From the NCBI GenBank assembly GCA_963803435.1, contig CAWDML010000001.1:608001-672000 (forward strand): a stretch of DNA of 64,000 nt, read 5' to 3'. A model generated the notes under the pieces. It saw only the letters and a program-made list of their open reading frames with translations, did no database searches and was not told where the DNA came from. Below, piece after piece: positions 9,375 to 20,889 of the stretch. Numbering within the stretch: the first letter of the stretch is position 1; each line of letters begins with the position of its first letter. The translations under genes and the position numbers were made by a program. This stretch comes from an uncultured delta proteobacterium. Its GTDB lineage: Bacteria > Myxococcota > Kuafuiibacteriia > Kuafuiibacteriales > Kuafuiibacteriaceae.

Positions 9375-10718
9375 TCAGTGCTTCGACGGCGGCGGCAGAC
9401 CCGAGAACGCGGGATGCCGGGGGTCTCCGCCGGCCAGCACGATGGCGTAGAGGAACGAAGGCAGCGGCGTGGCCTTCTTCCCGTTGACCACCACCAGCGG
9501 CGTGCCCTCGAGCTGGTACTCCATCGCGAAGTCGATGTCCTCCTTCAGCTTGGCTTCGGTGGCGGGCGCGGCGATGCACTTATCGAGCTCGGCGCGGGTG
9601 GCGCCCGTCTCCGCGCTCGCGATCTCGTACAGCTTGTCCGGTGTCAGGTCGGGCTGCGCCTCGAAGACGTGCTGCACCGCGGCGTCGAAGCCCGGCTTGT
9701 CCTCGAGGCAGAGCAGGATCCGCGGGCCGAGGCAGCGGACCCCGGTCGCGTCTTTTACCTCTTTCGGCATGTTGGGATTGCACTGCCGATCGAGCGGGAA
9801 GAACCGGGTCTCGAGCGAGAAGGCTCCGGGCGGCGCCGAGCGCTCGAGCTCCTGAGTCACGGTCTCGAGCTGGCGGCAGTGCGTGCAGCGGACGTCGACG
9901 AAGTCGAGCAGGTGCACCGGCGCCGACACCAATCCGTGCAGGTGCCGCGGGCGGTGCTTGGTCGTGTCCACGTGCGGCGAGCGGCGCATCACCTCGAGCG
10001 AGTCGGAGATCGCCTGTCGAACCTCGGGCGGCAGGCGATCGACATAGAGCTCGAGATCGCTCTTGACGACCTTCTGCTCCACCTTCGGCGGTGGAAGGTG
10101 CGTCTTGGGCTCGTCGGGCGTGGTGCTCCCCGGCCAGAGCAGCAGGAGCCAGCCCAGCAGCACGTAGAGCCCCGGGACCACCACGATGCGCCCCGGCTTG
10201 GTCTGCGACAGCGGCCGCACCGGCGGCACTCGGAAGGCCACCACCGCGTACGCCGCCACCAGCGTGTAGGTGCCGAGGCAGGTGAGGCACAGGGTGCCGA
10301 GGTTCCAGCTGACGAGGAGCAGCACCAGGCTGGCGGCACCGCCGACGGCGCCGACGAAGCGGACGGCCCAGATCGGCTCGGCCTCCTTCTTCCCGGCTCG
10401 GCGCAGCCGGTGAAAGCGGTAGGCGGCCGCCAGCGCGGTGAAGGCGTAGATGAGACCCCAGCCGGCGACCGGAACCTTGGTGGCGTGATGGATCGACTTG
10501 GCGAACTCGCTGTTCCAGACCGTCTCGCAGTCGAAGCTCTGATTGATCGAGCAGAAGGTCGTGCCGCCCTCCATCACGGAGAGCAGCTCGTGCCACTGGA
10601 AGATGGCGAGCAACCCGATCGCGACGGCGAGACCGATCAACACGGGCCCGATCAGATCGCCTCGGTTCGTCCGCGGCTGCTCGGCTCGGGCGGTCTTACG
10701 CTTCCCTCGCCTCGCCAT
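9375..10718 (-). CDS. VKOR family protein fused to a DsbA/thioredoxin-like domain
   Basis: CSINQSFDCETV and CLTC (VKOR); DVRCTHC and GTP cis-Pro loop (DsbA-like). Confidence 0.9.
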   Translation of the reverse strand: MARRGKRKTARAEQPRTNRGDLIGPVLIGLAVAIGLLAIFQWHELLSVMEGGTTFCSINQSFDCETVWNSEFAKSIHHATKVPVAGWGLIYAFTALAAAYRFHRLRRAGKKEAEPIWAVRFVGAVGGAASLVLLLVSWNLGTLCLTCLGTYTLVAAYAVVAFRVPPVRPLSQTKPGRIVVVPGLYVLLGWLLLLWPGSTTPDEPKTHLPPPKVEQKVVKSDLELYVDRLPPEVRQAISDSLEVMRRSPHVDTTKHRPRHLHGLVSAPVHLLDFVDVRCTHCRQLETVTQELERSAPPGAFSLETRFFPLDRQCNPNMPKEVKDATGVRCLGPRILLCLEDKPGFDAAVQHVFEAQPDLTPDKLYEIASAETGATRAELDKCIAAPATEAKLKEDIDFAMEYQLEGTPLVVVNGKKATPLPSFLYAIVLAGGDPRHPAFSGLPPPSKH

Positions 10719-11952
10719 ATCCTTCGCTCCTCACACAGACACCGGCCAAGGTCCAGAACACCAGGCCGACGGGCGCGTGGTGCAACGATGAGTGGAGCAG
10801 ACCGACGAACGCGATCGCAAGCACGCCCAGAAGGGCGAAGCGGTCGAGGATGGCACGATCAGGGTCGTTTTGGCGGCGCACGATGCGCCGCATCACGCAG
10901 GCGACGCACCACGCGAGGGCGAGGTTGAAGCCGATGAAACCGACCACCCCGGTCTCCGCCAGGACCTGCAGCCAGAGGTTGTGGGGAGAGGTGAGGTGAA
11001 CCCCGGTCAACCCCTGCGGACCGACCCGCTCGATCGCATTGCGATACACGCCGTGGCCGACGCCGAGCCACGGATGCTCCCCGAAGATCGCGAGCGCACG
11101 ATCGATCATGGTGCGACGGATCGAGAGGTCTTCGTCGAGGGAGCTGATCCGCATGCGGCCGTTCTCCGTGAGGAGCAACAGGAGGCCGCCGGCCAGCGAG
11201 AGCCCGGCGGCGGCGGCGAGGATCAGCCATCGCCTCAGCACCCCGGCCAGCGCCACGAACGACGCGACCACTGCGAGGAACGCCATCCGCGCGTAGGTCA
11301 ACACCAGGGCCCCGCAGAGCACCAACCCGCCCGCGCCGGCGAGCACGCGCACTCGGCGCCTCGCGTGCGGCGAGAACGCGATCAGCGCGATCAGCGCAGC
11401 CCCGACCATCCCCACGTGGGCGAGCTTCAGTCGGTTGTAGAAGAGCCCCGCCGCGGCGCGCACGTGATAGACGCGGTTCGGCACCCAGATCTGTCCGGAG
11501 CTCGGGTTCTTGAGAAACACCGAGTCCCAGGGCATCGCACCGACGGTCACCTGGAGCAGACCGTAGGCGGCGTTGAGGACGCACGCGGCGGTGAACGCCC
11601 AGGCCATCCTGCGCAGCAGCACCGAATCCCCGGGATCGATCCCGCGGGTCCCGATGACGAACACGAGCGCCAGGAGCGGTCGGGTGGTGTCGGCGGAGGA
11701 GTGATGCCCGGGATCGAGGAGCAGGCCCGGTAGACCGGCCAGCATCCAGATCAGGATTCCGATCTCCGCAGGCCCGGGACGCCAGCGCCGGAGGCCTCCG
11801 GTCGCCGCGGTGCTCGCGAGGGCGAGCACGGCCACCACCTCGGCCGGTCCTTCGAGCAACCCGACCAGGAGCGCGTAGGCGACCAGCAGCAGGCGGTGCG
11901 CCCGGAGAAGCACGGGTGCGAGCCATAGCGCAGCTGGGGGCTCGTCGACCAC
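10696..11952 (-). CDS. O-antigen ligase (Wzy_C) family protein
   Basis: Polytopic; HPWLGVGHG and SPHNLWLQVLAETGVVG motifs. Confidence 0.88.
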   Translation of the reverse strand: MVDEPPAALWLAPVLLRAHRLLLVAYALLVGLLEGPAEVVAVLALASTAATGGLRRWRPGPAEIGILIWMLAGLPGLLLDPGHHSSADTTRPLLALVFVIGTRGIDPGDSVLLRRMAWAFTAACVLNAAYGLLQVTVGAMPWDSVFLKNPSSGQIWVPNRVYHVRAAAGLFYNRLKLAHVGMVGAALIALIAFSPHARRRVRVLAGAGGLVLCGALVLTYARMAFLAVVASFVALAGVLRRWLILAAAAGLSLAGGLLLLLTENGRMRISSLDEDLSIRRTMIDRALAIFGEHPWLGVGHGVYRNAIERVGPQGLTGVHLTSPHNLWLQVLAETGVVGFIGFNLALAWCVACVMRRIVRRQNDPDRAILDRFALLGVLAIAFVGLLHSSLHHAPVGLVFWTLAGVCVRSEGYGEAREA

Positions 11953-11982
11953 TCAAGATCGTGTTGAGATCGTTCGCGCGGC

Positions 11983-12702
11983 ATGGTTGCGCCGATCGAC
12001 TTCATCGTGAGCTGCGAGCACGCGAGCAACGCGATCCCGGAGGCGCTCCAGGGCCTCGGCCTTCCCCCCGAGGCGCTGGCGGAGCACCATTCGTGGGACG
12101 CGGGCGCTTCGGAGATTGCAACCTACCTTGCGGAGTATCTGGAGGCGCCGCTCTTCTTGGGGCAGTGGTCGCGCCTGGTGGCCGACCTCAACCGCCCGGA
12201 GGACATCCCGCAGGTGGTGCCCGAGGTTGCGTTCGGGCTGGCCGTCCCGGGGAATACGAAGATCGATGCTGCCGAACGCCGGTCGCGGCTCGAGCGTTAT
12301 CACCGGCCCTATTGGGGCGCGGTGATGGGCGAGATTCAGCGCAGACTGGACGCCACCGAGCGCCGGGTCTTGCACGTCTCGATGCACAGCTTCACGCCCG
12401 AGTACGAGGGTGTGGTGCGCTCGGTCTCCATCGGCGTGATGTTCGATCCCGACTACCCGCTCGAGAACGAGCTGGGCGATCGGATCGTGCACCGGATCCG
12501 CGAGCGCGGGCTGGTGTCCGAGGTGAACGAGCCTTACGACGGCCGCGCCGCCGCCCTCACGACGTCGTGCCGGAACCGCTTCGATGCGACCCGCTACGCA
12601 GGGATCGAGATCGAGATGAACCAGAAGCACCTCGGGGAGCTCGAGCTCATCCAGACGGTCATCCTCGACGCCCTCCGCTACGCCGTCGCGGACGCCGAGT
12701 AG
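11983..12702 (+). CDS. N-formylglutamate amidohydrolase family protein
   Basis: SCEHASN, WDAGA, SRLVADLNR, HSFTP, NEPY and IEIE motifs. Confidence 0.9.
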   Translation: MVAPIDFIVSCEHASNAIPEALQGLGLPPEALAEHHSWDAGASEIATYLAEYLEAPLFLGQWSRLVADLNRPEDIPQVVPEVAFGLAVPGNTKIDAAERRSRLERYHRPYWGAVMGEIQRRLDATERRVLHVSMHSFTPEYEGVVRSVSIGVMFDPDYPLENELGDRIVHRIRERGLVSEVNEPYDGRAAALTTSCRNRFDATRYAGIEIEMNQKHLGELELIQTVILDALRYAVADAE

Positions 12703-12720
12703 CCGCGGGAGGGAAGGACG

Positions 12721-13623
12721 TTGGCGGTCCCCTCCTTCGCGTCGGTGCTGGCTCAGGTCCTCGTCTCGACGCCCGAGCCGATCGCGACCCTCGCGATCTG
12801 GCACGCACGCCATCGCGCCCTCGCCCAGGCCCACGAGGAGCCGATCCTGGCCGCCATCGCTGCAGGAGCCGGGACCGACCGCCTGGCGTGGGCGTTCGGA
12901 TCCGGCTACCAGTGCGCAGGCCGCAGTCTGTTCGGGCTCGAGCCGGGCCGGCTGGGCGCCCTCTGCGCCACCGAACGCGGCGGCGCCCATCCGCGTGCGA
13001 TCGAGACTCGCCTGACCGAGGGCGCGCTCTACGGAGAGAAATGCTTCGTGACCTTCGGCCTCGAGGCCGAGGCGCTGATCGTGATCGCGTCGGAGGGTAC
13101 CGACGCGGACGGAAGGAATCGCCTCCGCGCGGTCCAGGTCGATCGGAGCGCCGGCGGCCTGACGTTCGAGCCTCTCCCCGAGACTCCGTTCGTCCCCGAG
13201 ATCTCCCACGCCAGGCTCCGCCTCGACGGCACCCGCGGCCTCGTCCTGGACGGCGACGGTTACCTCGACTTCCTCAAGCCCTTCCGTACGATCGAGGACA
13301 CGCACGTCTTCGCCGCTGCGCTGGCCCACATGGTGACACTGGCCAACGCCGCCCACTTCGACGACGCGTTCCGCGAACACGCCGCCGCCCTGCTGGCGTC
13401 GCTCGTCGAGATCGCACGCATGCCACCGCTCGCTCCCGCAACTCATCTTGCACTCTCGGGAGCGCAAGCCGGTTTGCAGCTGCTCGTCGACGAGATCGAT
13501 CGGCGAAGCGCGGAGCTCCCTTCGAACACGGCCGCGCTGTGGACGCGCGATCGACCGCTGTTCTCGGTGGCCGAAAAGGCCCGCCGTGCCCGCCGCCAGG
13601 CCGCCTGGTCGTCGCTCAGGTGA
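12721..13623 (+). CDS. Acyl-CoA dehydrogenase-like protein
   Basis: ALCATE, GEKCFVT, PFVPEISHA and KPFRTIED motifs; start codon uncertain (TTG). Confidence 0.75.
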   Translation: MAVPSFASVLAQVLVSTPEPIATLAIWHARHRALAQAHEEPILAAIAAGAGTDRLAWAFGSGYQCAGRSLFGLEPGRLGALCATERGGAHPRAIETRLTEGALYGEKCFVTFGLEAEALIVIASEGTDADGRNRLRAVQVDRSAGGLTFEPLPETPFVPEISHARLRLDGTRGLVLDGDGYLDFLKPFRTIEDTHVFAAALAHMVTLANAAHFDDAFREHAAALLASLVEIARMPPLAPATHLALSGAQAGLQLLVDEIDRRSAELPSNTAALWTRDRPLFSVAEKARRARRQAAWSSLR

Positions 13624-13649
13624 GCTCTGGCCGGCTCGGCGACGGAGTC

Positions 13650-16566
13650 CTACCGCTCGGCCAGGAGCGCTCGATCGCCGGGCAGCGGGGACGCGCGCAG
13701 GATCCGCTGCGCGCGGGCGCGCGAGACCTTGGCCTCGGCGTGCCGGCCCAGGGCGGACTCGGCGCGGGCCCGCCACAGCGACGCCTCGCCGGCCCAGCGG
13801 CTCTCCGGATCGAACGCCGTCCAGAAGGCGTCCGCCGCCGACAACGACGCGAGCGCGCGGGTCGCGTCGTTCTCCGCGAGATAGAGCCGTCCCAGGCCTA
13901 CCAGGACGTCGGCGCGCTCGGGCGTGTCGGCCTTCTGGAGGCGCCGGGACAGCTCGAGCGCGCGGTCCAGCGTGGGTCCGGCCTGCTCGTACTCGGCGCG
14001 CTCGAGGTGATCGAGCCCGAGCTCCGCGAGCACGCGCATCCGCTCGCGGTCGGCCCGCGGCCCCTCCTGCACCTTCTCGAGCGCCCGCGTCTCGGACTCG
14101 AGCGCTCCGGACGGGTCGCCCGAGAGCCGCTGCACGACGCCCAGCGTATAGGCGGCGGCGGCGGCGAGCTTCTCGCCGGCCTCGGTGGCCGAGAGCTCGG
14201 CGGCGGCCTGGTCGAGCCGTCCGAGATACGCCGAGGCCAGCGCGTGGGACAGGTGCGCCGAGAATCGTCCGCTCGTTCTTTGGGCCCAGGCTCTTCTCGA
14301 GCTTGGCCACCGCCCGCTCCAGATCGTCGAGGGCGCCGCTCCTCCGCGCCTCCAGCCGCGAGACGCCGCGCCGGAAGAGCGTCGCAGCGAAGGTGTACGA
14401 CTCCGGGTCAGCCTGCTCGGTGAGGATCCCGTAGGAGACCTGCGCCTTCGCGATCGCGCGCTCGAGCTCGCCGAGGTCGACGTAGTAGATGGCGAGGTCG
14501 GCCGAGTAGAAGCCCACCATCTGACTCTTCTCGCCGAAGATCTCGGAGGCGACCCTCACCACCCGCTCGAGCTGCTCCACCGCCTCGCCCGGCCGGCCGG
14601 CGTTACCGAGCGCTCGCCCGTAGATCGCACGCGCGTCGAGGAGCCGGGGATGCTTCGGCCGGTCGCCGAAGAGGCCTTCGGTCAGCCGGAAGGCCTTCTC
14701 CGCCGCCGCCACCGCGTCGTCCGGCGCAGCGCCGTACTGCCGCGCGACCGCGTACAACAGCGCCGCCGCGACCGTCGCCTCGTGGTGCTCCCCGTACCGG
14801 GAGAGGAAGAGCTCGAAGGCCTCGTGCGCGCTTCGGTGCGCGTCGTCGTAGCGGCCCTCGTCGATCGCCAGGTGAGCCTCGCTCTCGAGCGCATGCCCGA
14901 GGTCGTCGGGGAGCGGGGGCGAGACCGCCCGGAGCTCGGGGACGAGCTGGTCGAGCTCAGCGCGGATCTCGTCGGTCTTGCCGGTGCTGCGCCAAGCCTC
15001 GGTGAGCCGAACGCGCAGCCCGAGCGTCATCGGATCGCTCGGCCCCAGCGCCGCCGAGGCCTCGCGCACCGCCTCGGACAGCGTCGACTCCGCCGTGTCG
15101 AAGTCCTCGAGACCGATCAGGCTGGTTCCGATCATCCCGAGCAGCTCCACGCGCAGCTCGGGCCGCATCTTTGCGCTTCCGTCGACCCGGTCCTTCGCCT
15201 GTTTCAGCAGACCGATCGCGGTGAGGCTGTGGCCGCCCTCTTCATACGGATCGGCGTCGCGGAAGATGGAGACGATGAACTCCTTCACGCTCTCGGCGCG
15301 CTCCTTCTCCGCCACCGCGGCCCGGGCCTGCCAGACCGCCAGGCCCGCGCCGCCGAGGGTCGCGACTCCGATCAGCGCAGCCGCGCCGAAGGCCAGGCGA
15401 TTCCGAGCGACGAGCTTCTTCAACCGATAGACAGCGCTGTCGGGTTGCGCCAGGACCGGGCGGCCGCTCAGGTAGCGCTCGAGGTCGTCGGCGAGCGCGT
15501 TCACGGTGGGGTAGCGCTCGGCGGGGCTCTTCTTGAGCGCCTGGAGCAGGATGGTGTCGAGGTCCCCTCGGAGCGCGCGCCGCGCGGCGGCATCGGGCGC
15601 CACCTCGCTCGGCTTGGGCGGCTCGGCGTGCAGGACCGCCTCCTCGAGGGCGCGGGTGGTCTCGCGGTCGGGGCGGTAGGGCCGCGTGCCGGTGAGGAGC
15701 TCGAAGAGCATCACGGCCAGCGAATACACGTCCGAGCCGAGCCCAATCGGGCCGTCCGAGATCTGCTCGGGCGACGCGTACGCCACGGTCAGCGATCGCC
15801 CGGTGAGACGGGTGACGGCGCTCTCGCGCTCGTGATCCTCGTCCAGGATCTTGGCGATGCCGAAGTCGAGGAGGCGCACCTCTCCCGTCTCCGTGACCAG
15901 CACGTTCGACGGCTTGAGATCGCGGTGCACGATCAGCTGCGCGTGCGCGTGCGCGACCGCCTTCGCGATCTGGAGGAACAAGATCAACCGCGCCCGCGTA
16001 TCGAGCGCGCGCGAGCGCACGTACGCGTCGAGCGCGATCCCCTCGACATACTCGAGCGCGAGATACGGCTGTCCGTCATCGGTCACGCCCGCGTCGAAGA
16101 TCTTGGCGATGTTCGGATGGCTCAACGAGGCGAGGATCGCCCGCTCGCGCTCGATCCGCGCCGCCAGCTCCGGTCGCGACCATAGGCCGCGGGGTAGCTT
16201 GAGCGCGACCGATCGGTCGAGGATGCCGTCGCTCCGCTGCGCGAGCCACACCACGCCCATCCCGCCCTCGCCGAGGAGGCGCACCAGCCGATAGGGGCCG
16301 ACCGCGTCGCCCGGACCGCTCCCGCCCGCCCGCTCGCGGGTACCCGCGTCGCCGTCCTCGCCGGCCGTGTCGAGCTTCGGCAGGGTCCCGAAGCAATCCG
16401 TCTTCGCGTGGGAGAGCAGCGCCAAGAGCCGCGGCCTGAGCTCCGCGTCCTCCTCGGGGAGCGCGCGGAGCCACGCCTCGCGCTCGTCCTCGGGGAGCTC
16501 CAATGCTCCGTCGAGCAGTCGGTTCAATCGCTCCCAGGTCGTGGGATCCAGCGCGAAGCTCCCCAT
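13650..16566 (-). CDS. Ser/Thr protein kinase with TM and TPR repeats; one +1 frameshift near 14264
   Basis: GEGGMGVV, VALK, HRDLKPSN, DFG and YASPE motifs; TPR reading resumes in the 13650-14135 frame (HLSHALASAYLGRL...). Confidence 0.88.
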
Positions 16567-16606
16567 CGGCGGGACGCTAGCCCAAGGAGCGATCGATGAC
16601 GATCGT

Positions 16607-18357
16607 CTACTCCGTGCTCGCGCCGAGACGGCGGAACAACGCCCGTACCGCCGGCGCCGCCTCGACCTCCGGCGCGTTCGCGCGCGCCTTCCAGGCGGCG
16701 CGCGTTCGGTCCAGATCTGCGAGCTTCCGCTCCACGGACTTCGAGGTGAGCTCGAGCTGACTGCCCAGATACTTGGACGTCGGATATTTGTGCAAGAGAT
16801 AGCGGCCCACGGGCGGGATCAGCGCCAGACAGTCGGGGTCGTCGGTGTATTGATTCATCAACATGACGAGCTGCGACTCCTCCTGCCAGAACGGATCCTC
16901 CTCGGTCCCCGAGAACGGCCGCCACCGGCGCTCGAACGTACGCGACAGGAGGAGCACCTTGCGCCGGATGCGCTCGGCGCGCGAGTCGGCCTGCTCCGCT
17001 TGATACGACAAATCGTTCCAGCCCAGGTTCAAGGCCTTCTGATCCGCCTGGGAGAGCGTGTCGAGACGCCGGCCGAACTCGCGATCGTACTCGACCAGCC
17101 GCCGCTTCTTCTCCGCGACCACGGCGGCTTGCAGCCGCTTCACCGACGCCTCAGCGCCGGGATCCCTCCCCTCGAGTCGCTTGCGCTCCCAGGGTCGCGA
17201 TCGCCTCGAAGAGCGCGTAGGTGGCGTCCGCCCGGATCTTCTGCTCGCCGGTGCGCCGCTTCGGTCGATATCGCTCCGGCGAGGCCTTTCGGCCGGCGAG
17301 CGCCCGCTCCAGGCGAGCCGCGCATCGGTCGATCTGCAGGTACATGTCCGCATCGTCGGGGTACACGTCGAGGAGGTACTGGAGCACCAGCGGCGTCGCG
17401 TCGAGCACTTCGGCTTCGTCGCCGAAGACGCCTGCGAGCGACAGCAGCTGGTCGACCTCCAGGTAGCGGCGCTGCGAGTCGCCGATGGCACGCTGGTACG
17501 AGATCTCTTCGAACGGCCGGTAGCCCTTCCGCGCCAGGAACTCGAGCATCTTCCGCTGCCGCAGCTCCCGTTCGAGGTTCGTGCCGGGGCGCCGCCCGCC
17601 CGAATCGTACAGGCGCTTCGCGATCCGGCCGAAGTCGGGGTCGGCGGGTTCGAGCGCCTCCAGCTCGGCTTCGAACGTCTCGGCCCGCGCCTTCTCGAAC
17701 CCGGCGATGTCGGCCCGCAGGCGCCCGAGCGCCGCGGTGGCCGCGCGGAAGCCCGGATCGGCCTCCAGCGCCTTCTGGAACGCAGCCCGCGCCTTCGCGT
17801 CATCGCCTGCGTCGGCCGCGTCGAGCCCGCGGGAGTACTGCTGGAACGCGCGGAGCGACTCGGTCTGGCTCTTGCGGAGCGCGCTCTTCTCCGAGATCCC
17901 CAGCTTCACCGGGAGCGCGCGCGTGAGGATCTCGACGAGCTCCTTCTCGAGCGCGAAGAACTCCCCCTCCTTCCCCTCGACACTCTCTCCGGCCACCACC
18001 TCGCCGTCCGCGACCCGCACCACCTTGGTATCGATCCGCATCCGCTGCTGGAACAACAGATAGCTTCCAGTCATCAGATACTCGGCGGCGAGCCCCTTTT
18101 CCGAGTCGCTGCGCGGTCAGAGGATCGATGAACGGGCTCTTGGCGAGGGCGAGCTCCCCCAGGATCGCGTTGAGCTTCTCCCGCTCGACGATGCGGATCG
18201 ACTTCACCGCGGAGAGATCGGTGATCAGCATGTCGGCGAGGCCCTTCTTGAGCGGCTCGGCGCCGGGATCGTGTGCGGTGTTGTCGAAGTACGTGATGGC
18301 GACGGCGGGGGGAGCCTGGCCGGCGATCGCGAGGACGATGGCCGAGACCAGGGTCAT
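16607..18357 (-). CDS. CsgG/FlgO-like domain, TPR and duplicated helical domain; +1 frameshifts near 18098 and 17189
   Basis: VAITYFDN, GLADMLITDL, IVEREKL and AQRLGK motifs continue into LAAEYLMTGS after a homopolymer shift. Confidence 0.75.
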
Positions 18358-19316
18358 GGCGAGATGCCACAGGTCGCCGCCAGCGCGACCATGTCCGCGG
18401 GCAACGGGGCCGACAGCGTCATCGTCTCGCGCGTGCCCGGATGACGGAAGGTCGCCGACGCGGCGTGGAGCGCCTGCCGATAGTGGCCGACCCGCCGGAC
18501 AATCTCCTCGAGCGTGTGCTCACCGCGGAGCGCCTCGATGAAGAACCGCTCGCTCCCCCGATAGAGCTTGTCACCGATGATCGGGTGGCCGGCGTGGAGC
18601 AGGTGAACGCGGATCTGGTGCTGCCGCCCCGTCTTCGGCCGTGCCTCCACCAAAGCCGCGTTCTGGCCCCGCGCGATGACGCGCACCTCGGTCAGCGCCG
18701 GCTGATCGCGAGGACCGCCCACCTCCATGATCACGGAGCTCTCGCTCTCGGGTACCAGGCGCAGCGGAGCGTCGACCGTCATCTCGTCGCGGTCCGGCGT
18801 CCCCTCGACAATCGCGAGGTAGCTCTTCTTCACCTTGCGGTCGGCGAACTGTCCCTTCAAATCGGCGGCCGCCACCATGTCGCGAGCCAAGAGCACCAGC
18901 CCCGAGGTCTCCTTGTCAATCCGATGCGCCAGGTCCAGGCCCTCGTCGTTCATCCGGGCGCGGAGGATCCGGATCAGCGTGCGCTGATACGCCGAGGCGG
19001 TCGGGTGGACGACCAGGTTGCCCGGCTTGGAGACGGCCACGATCCAATCGTCGGCGTAGAGGATCGGGATCTCGATGTCATCGGTGGGTGCCTCTTCGAG
19101 GCGCTTGCGCTTGAGGATGAGGCGGTCGCCCTCGAGGAGCTTGCTCGACGGCTTGAGGAGACCGTTGATCGGCTCTCGGCGGACGCAGCCGGTGAGGATC
19201 AGCCGCGCCGCCAGGGAGCGAGACATGCGGACGATACGCCGCGAGAGGAACACGTCGGCCCGCTGGCCTTGCTCGTGCCAGAGGACCTCGAACGGGATGT
19301 CGACCAACCCCGTCAT
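18354..19316 (-). CDS. RluA-family pseudouridine synthase
   Basis: S4-like N-terminus; KPGNLVVHP, HRIDKETSG, TGRQHQIRVH and GDKLY motifs. Confidence 0.93.
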   Translation of the reverse strand: MTGLVDIPFEVLWHEQGQRADVFLSRRIVRMSRSLAARLILTGCVRREPINGLLKPSSKLLEGDRLILKRKRLEEAPTDDIEIPILYADDWIVAVSKPGNLVVHPTASAYQRTLIRILRARMNDEGLDLAHRIDKETSGLVLLARDMVAAADLKGQFADRKVKKSYLAIVEGTPDRDEMTVDAPLRLVPESESSVIMEVGGPRDQPALTEVRVIARGQNAALVEARPKTGRQHQIRVHLLHAGHPIIGDKLYRGSERFFIEALRGEHTLEEIVRRVGHYRQALHAASATFRHPGTRETMTLSAPLPADMVALAATCGISP

Positions 19317-19330
19317 GACGACGGGCGAGT

Positions 19331-20463
19331 CTACTCTTTCGCTTCGCCCGTGCCTTCGACAAAGCGGAAGGTGCGCTCGGCCAGCCGCAGCTCCACGCTG
19401 TGGGCGGCGCCCCGGGCATCACCGGCCATCTGGAGCGGCAGCGACTCGGTCGACTCGAGGCGGACGCCCTCGACCAGGAAGTCGACAAAGCCGGGGCTCT
19501 TGAGCGTGCCCGACCAGAGGCTGGGCAGATGGGAGAGGAGGAAGCTGATCGGCGTCGACGACACGCGCACGTGGAAACGATCGCTGCGTCGCCGCGCGAA
19601 CGGCAGCACCTTCATGCCGAAGCCGTAGAACGGCGAGGTCCCGACCGCCACCGCCCGCGCCATTCCTTCGAACAGCGTGGCTCGCGGCTCCAGCGGGATC
19701 TCTTCCTCCGTCTCGGGATCGATGATCGAGGCGCGCCCGAGCGACACCACACGAATATGTGCCCGCTTTTGGCGGAGCTCCCCGGAATCGTGCGAGTCCC
19801 GAGCGCATAGAAGTAACCGGGCAGGCTTTTGGCGAGTGAGCGCGTCAGCTGCGTGCGGGCCGTGTTCACGACGTCGAGGTAGTCGTTCAGCACGCGCGCG
19901 TCGTAGCCGAGGCTGGCGAAGGGGAAGAACCAACCCGACTCCGCATCCTGGATCAAGCGCAGCGGCCGAGCGGGTGGACGGGTCCCCGAGAGCATGCGCA
20001 GCACGTCGTTGGTCGGCTTCCCGGAGCCGCACAGGTGCGCGAGCCCGTTGCCAGTGCCGAGACGGAGCACGCCCAGATCGGGGAGGGCATGACGGACGCT
20101 CGATCGCGACAGCGCCTCGGCCGCCTCGATCAAGTGATTCATGGTGTGGGTGATCGTGCCGTCGCCGCCGCCGACCATCACGGTGCTGTAGCGCTCTCGG
20201 ATGATCCGGTGGGCGTGTGCCTTGGCGTCGTCGAGCGTCTCTGAATAGAAGAGATCGGACTCGGGTACCAGGCGCGCGAACTGGGCGTACACGCGCGGGT
20301 TCACGCGCTTCGCGTTGGCGTTCAGGAGGACGGCCACCCGACCCTCGCGGGGCACCAGGCGGAGCTCTGAACGACCCGGGCGGACGGACGGGGTGTCCTC
20401 GAGCGGTCGGAGACGACTCGGGCTCGGCAACATCACCCCGGTTGAGAGCAACGACCAGGCCAA
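19331..20463 (-). CDS. Soluble diacylglycerol/lipid kinase family (DAGK_cat); -1 frameshift near 19780
   Basis: LLNANA, GGGDGT and LRLGTGNG motifs; C-terminal PFYGFG and QMAGD lie in the shifted frame. Start uncertain. Confidence 0.8.
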
Positions 20464-20556
20464 AGAACCGCCGGGTCGAAAGGTGACGCAAATGAACCAC
20501 AGTATCCGGCGAAACGAGCGCGTAGGGCGCTACGCACTGCGTCGACGCCTACGCAC

Positions 20557-20889
20557 TCAACGGTACGCGTAACGCTCCGGATTCTCGGCGAATACCGTGC
20601 GGTCCCGCGGGTCACAGAAGTAGAAGGTCCGAGCCTCGAACACCGCCGCCTCGGTCTCCGGCCCCTTTACGCATCGATGGTGGGTGACCGGACACACAAT
20701 CTCGGCGCCGTCGGGGGGCGGCGTCGCGTAGCCGCCGAGGGGGCCATGGCCCTTGGGGCACGCGGCCAGGACGAGCGCGAGGACGGCGCTAGCGCGAGAG
20801 CGTGACCAGCCCACCGGGCGCTCCTTCGAGGCGGCCGACAATCGTGGTCCGAAGGAACGCTGCGTGCTGGAAGAATCCGGCGCCCTCAA
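20557..20889 (-). CDS. Small YHS-like lipoprotein (start uncertain)
   Basis: LVLAAC lipobox; CPVT...TFYFC...FAENPERY YHS-type pattern. Confidence 0.6.
   Translation of the reverse strand: MRAPDSSSTQRSFGPRLSAASKERPVGWSRSRASAVLALVLAACPKGHGPLGGYATPPPDGAEIVCPVTHHRCVKGPETEAAVFEARTFYFCDPRDRTVFAENPERYAYR

Noticed and set aside
11953-16566. 1537-aa giant kinase ORF
   Set aside because: After the frameshift near 14264 the translation is Arg/Gly-rich shadow lying antisense to two real genes; the true end is 13650.
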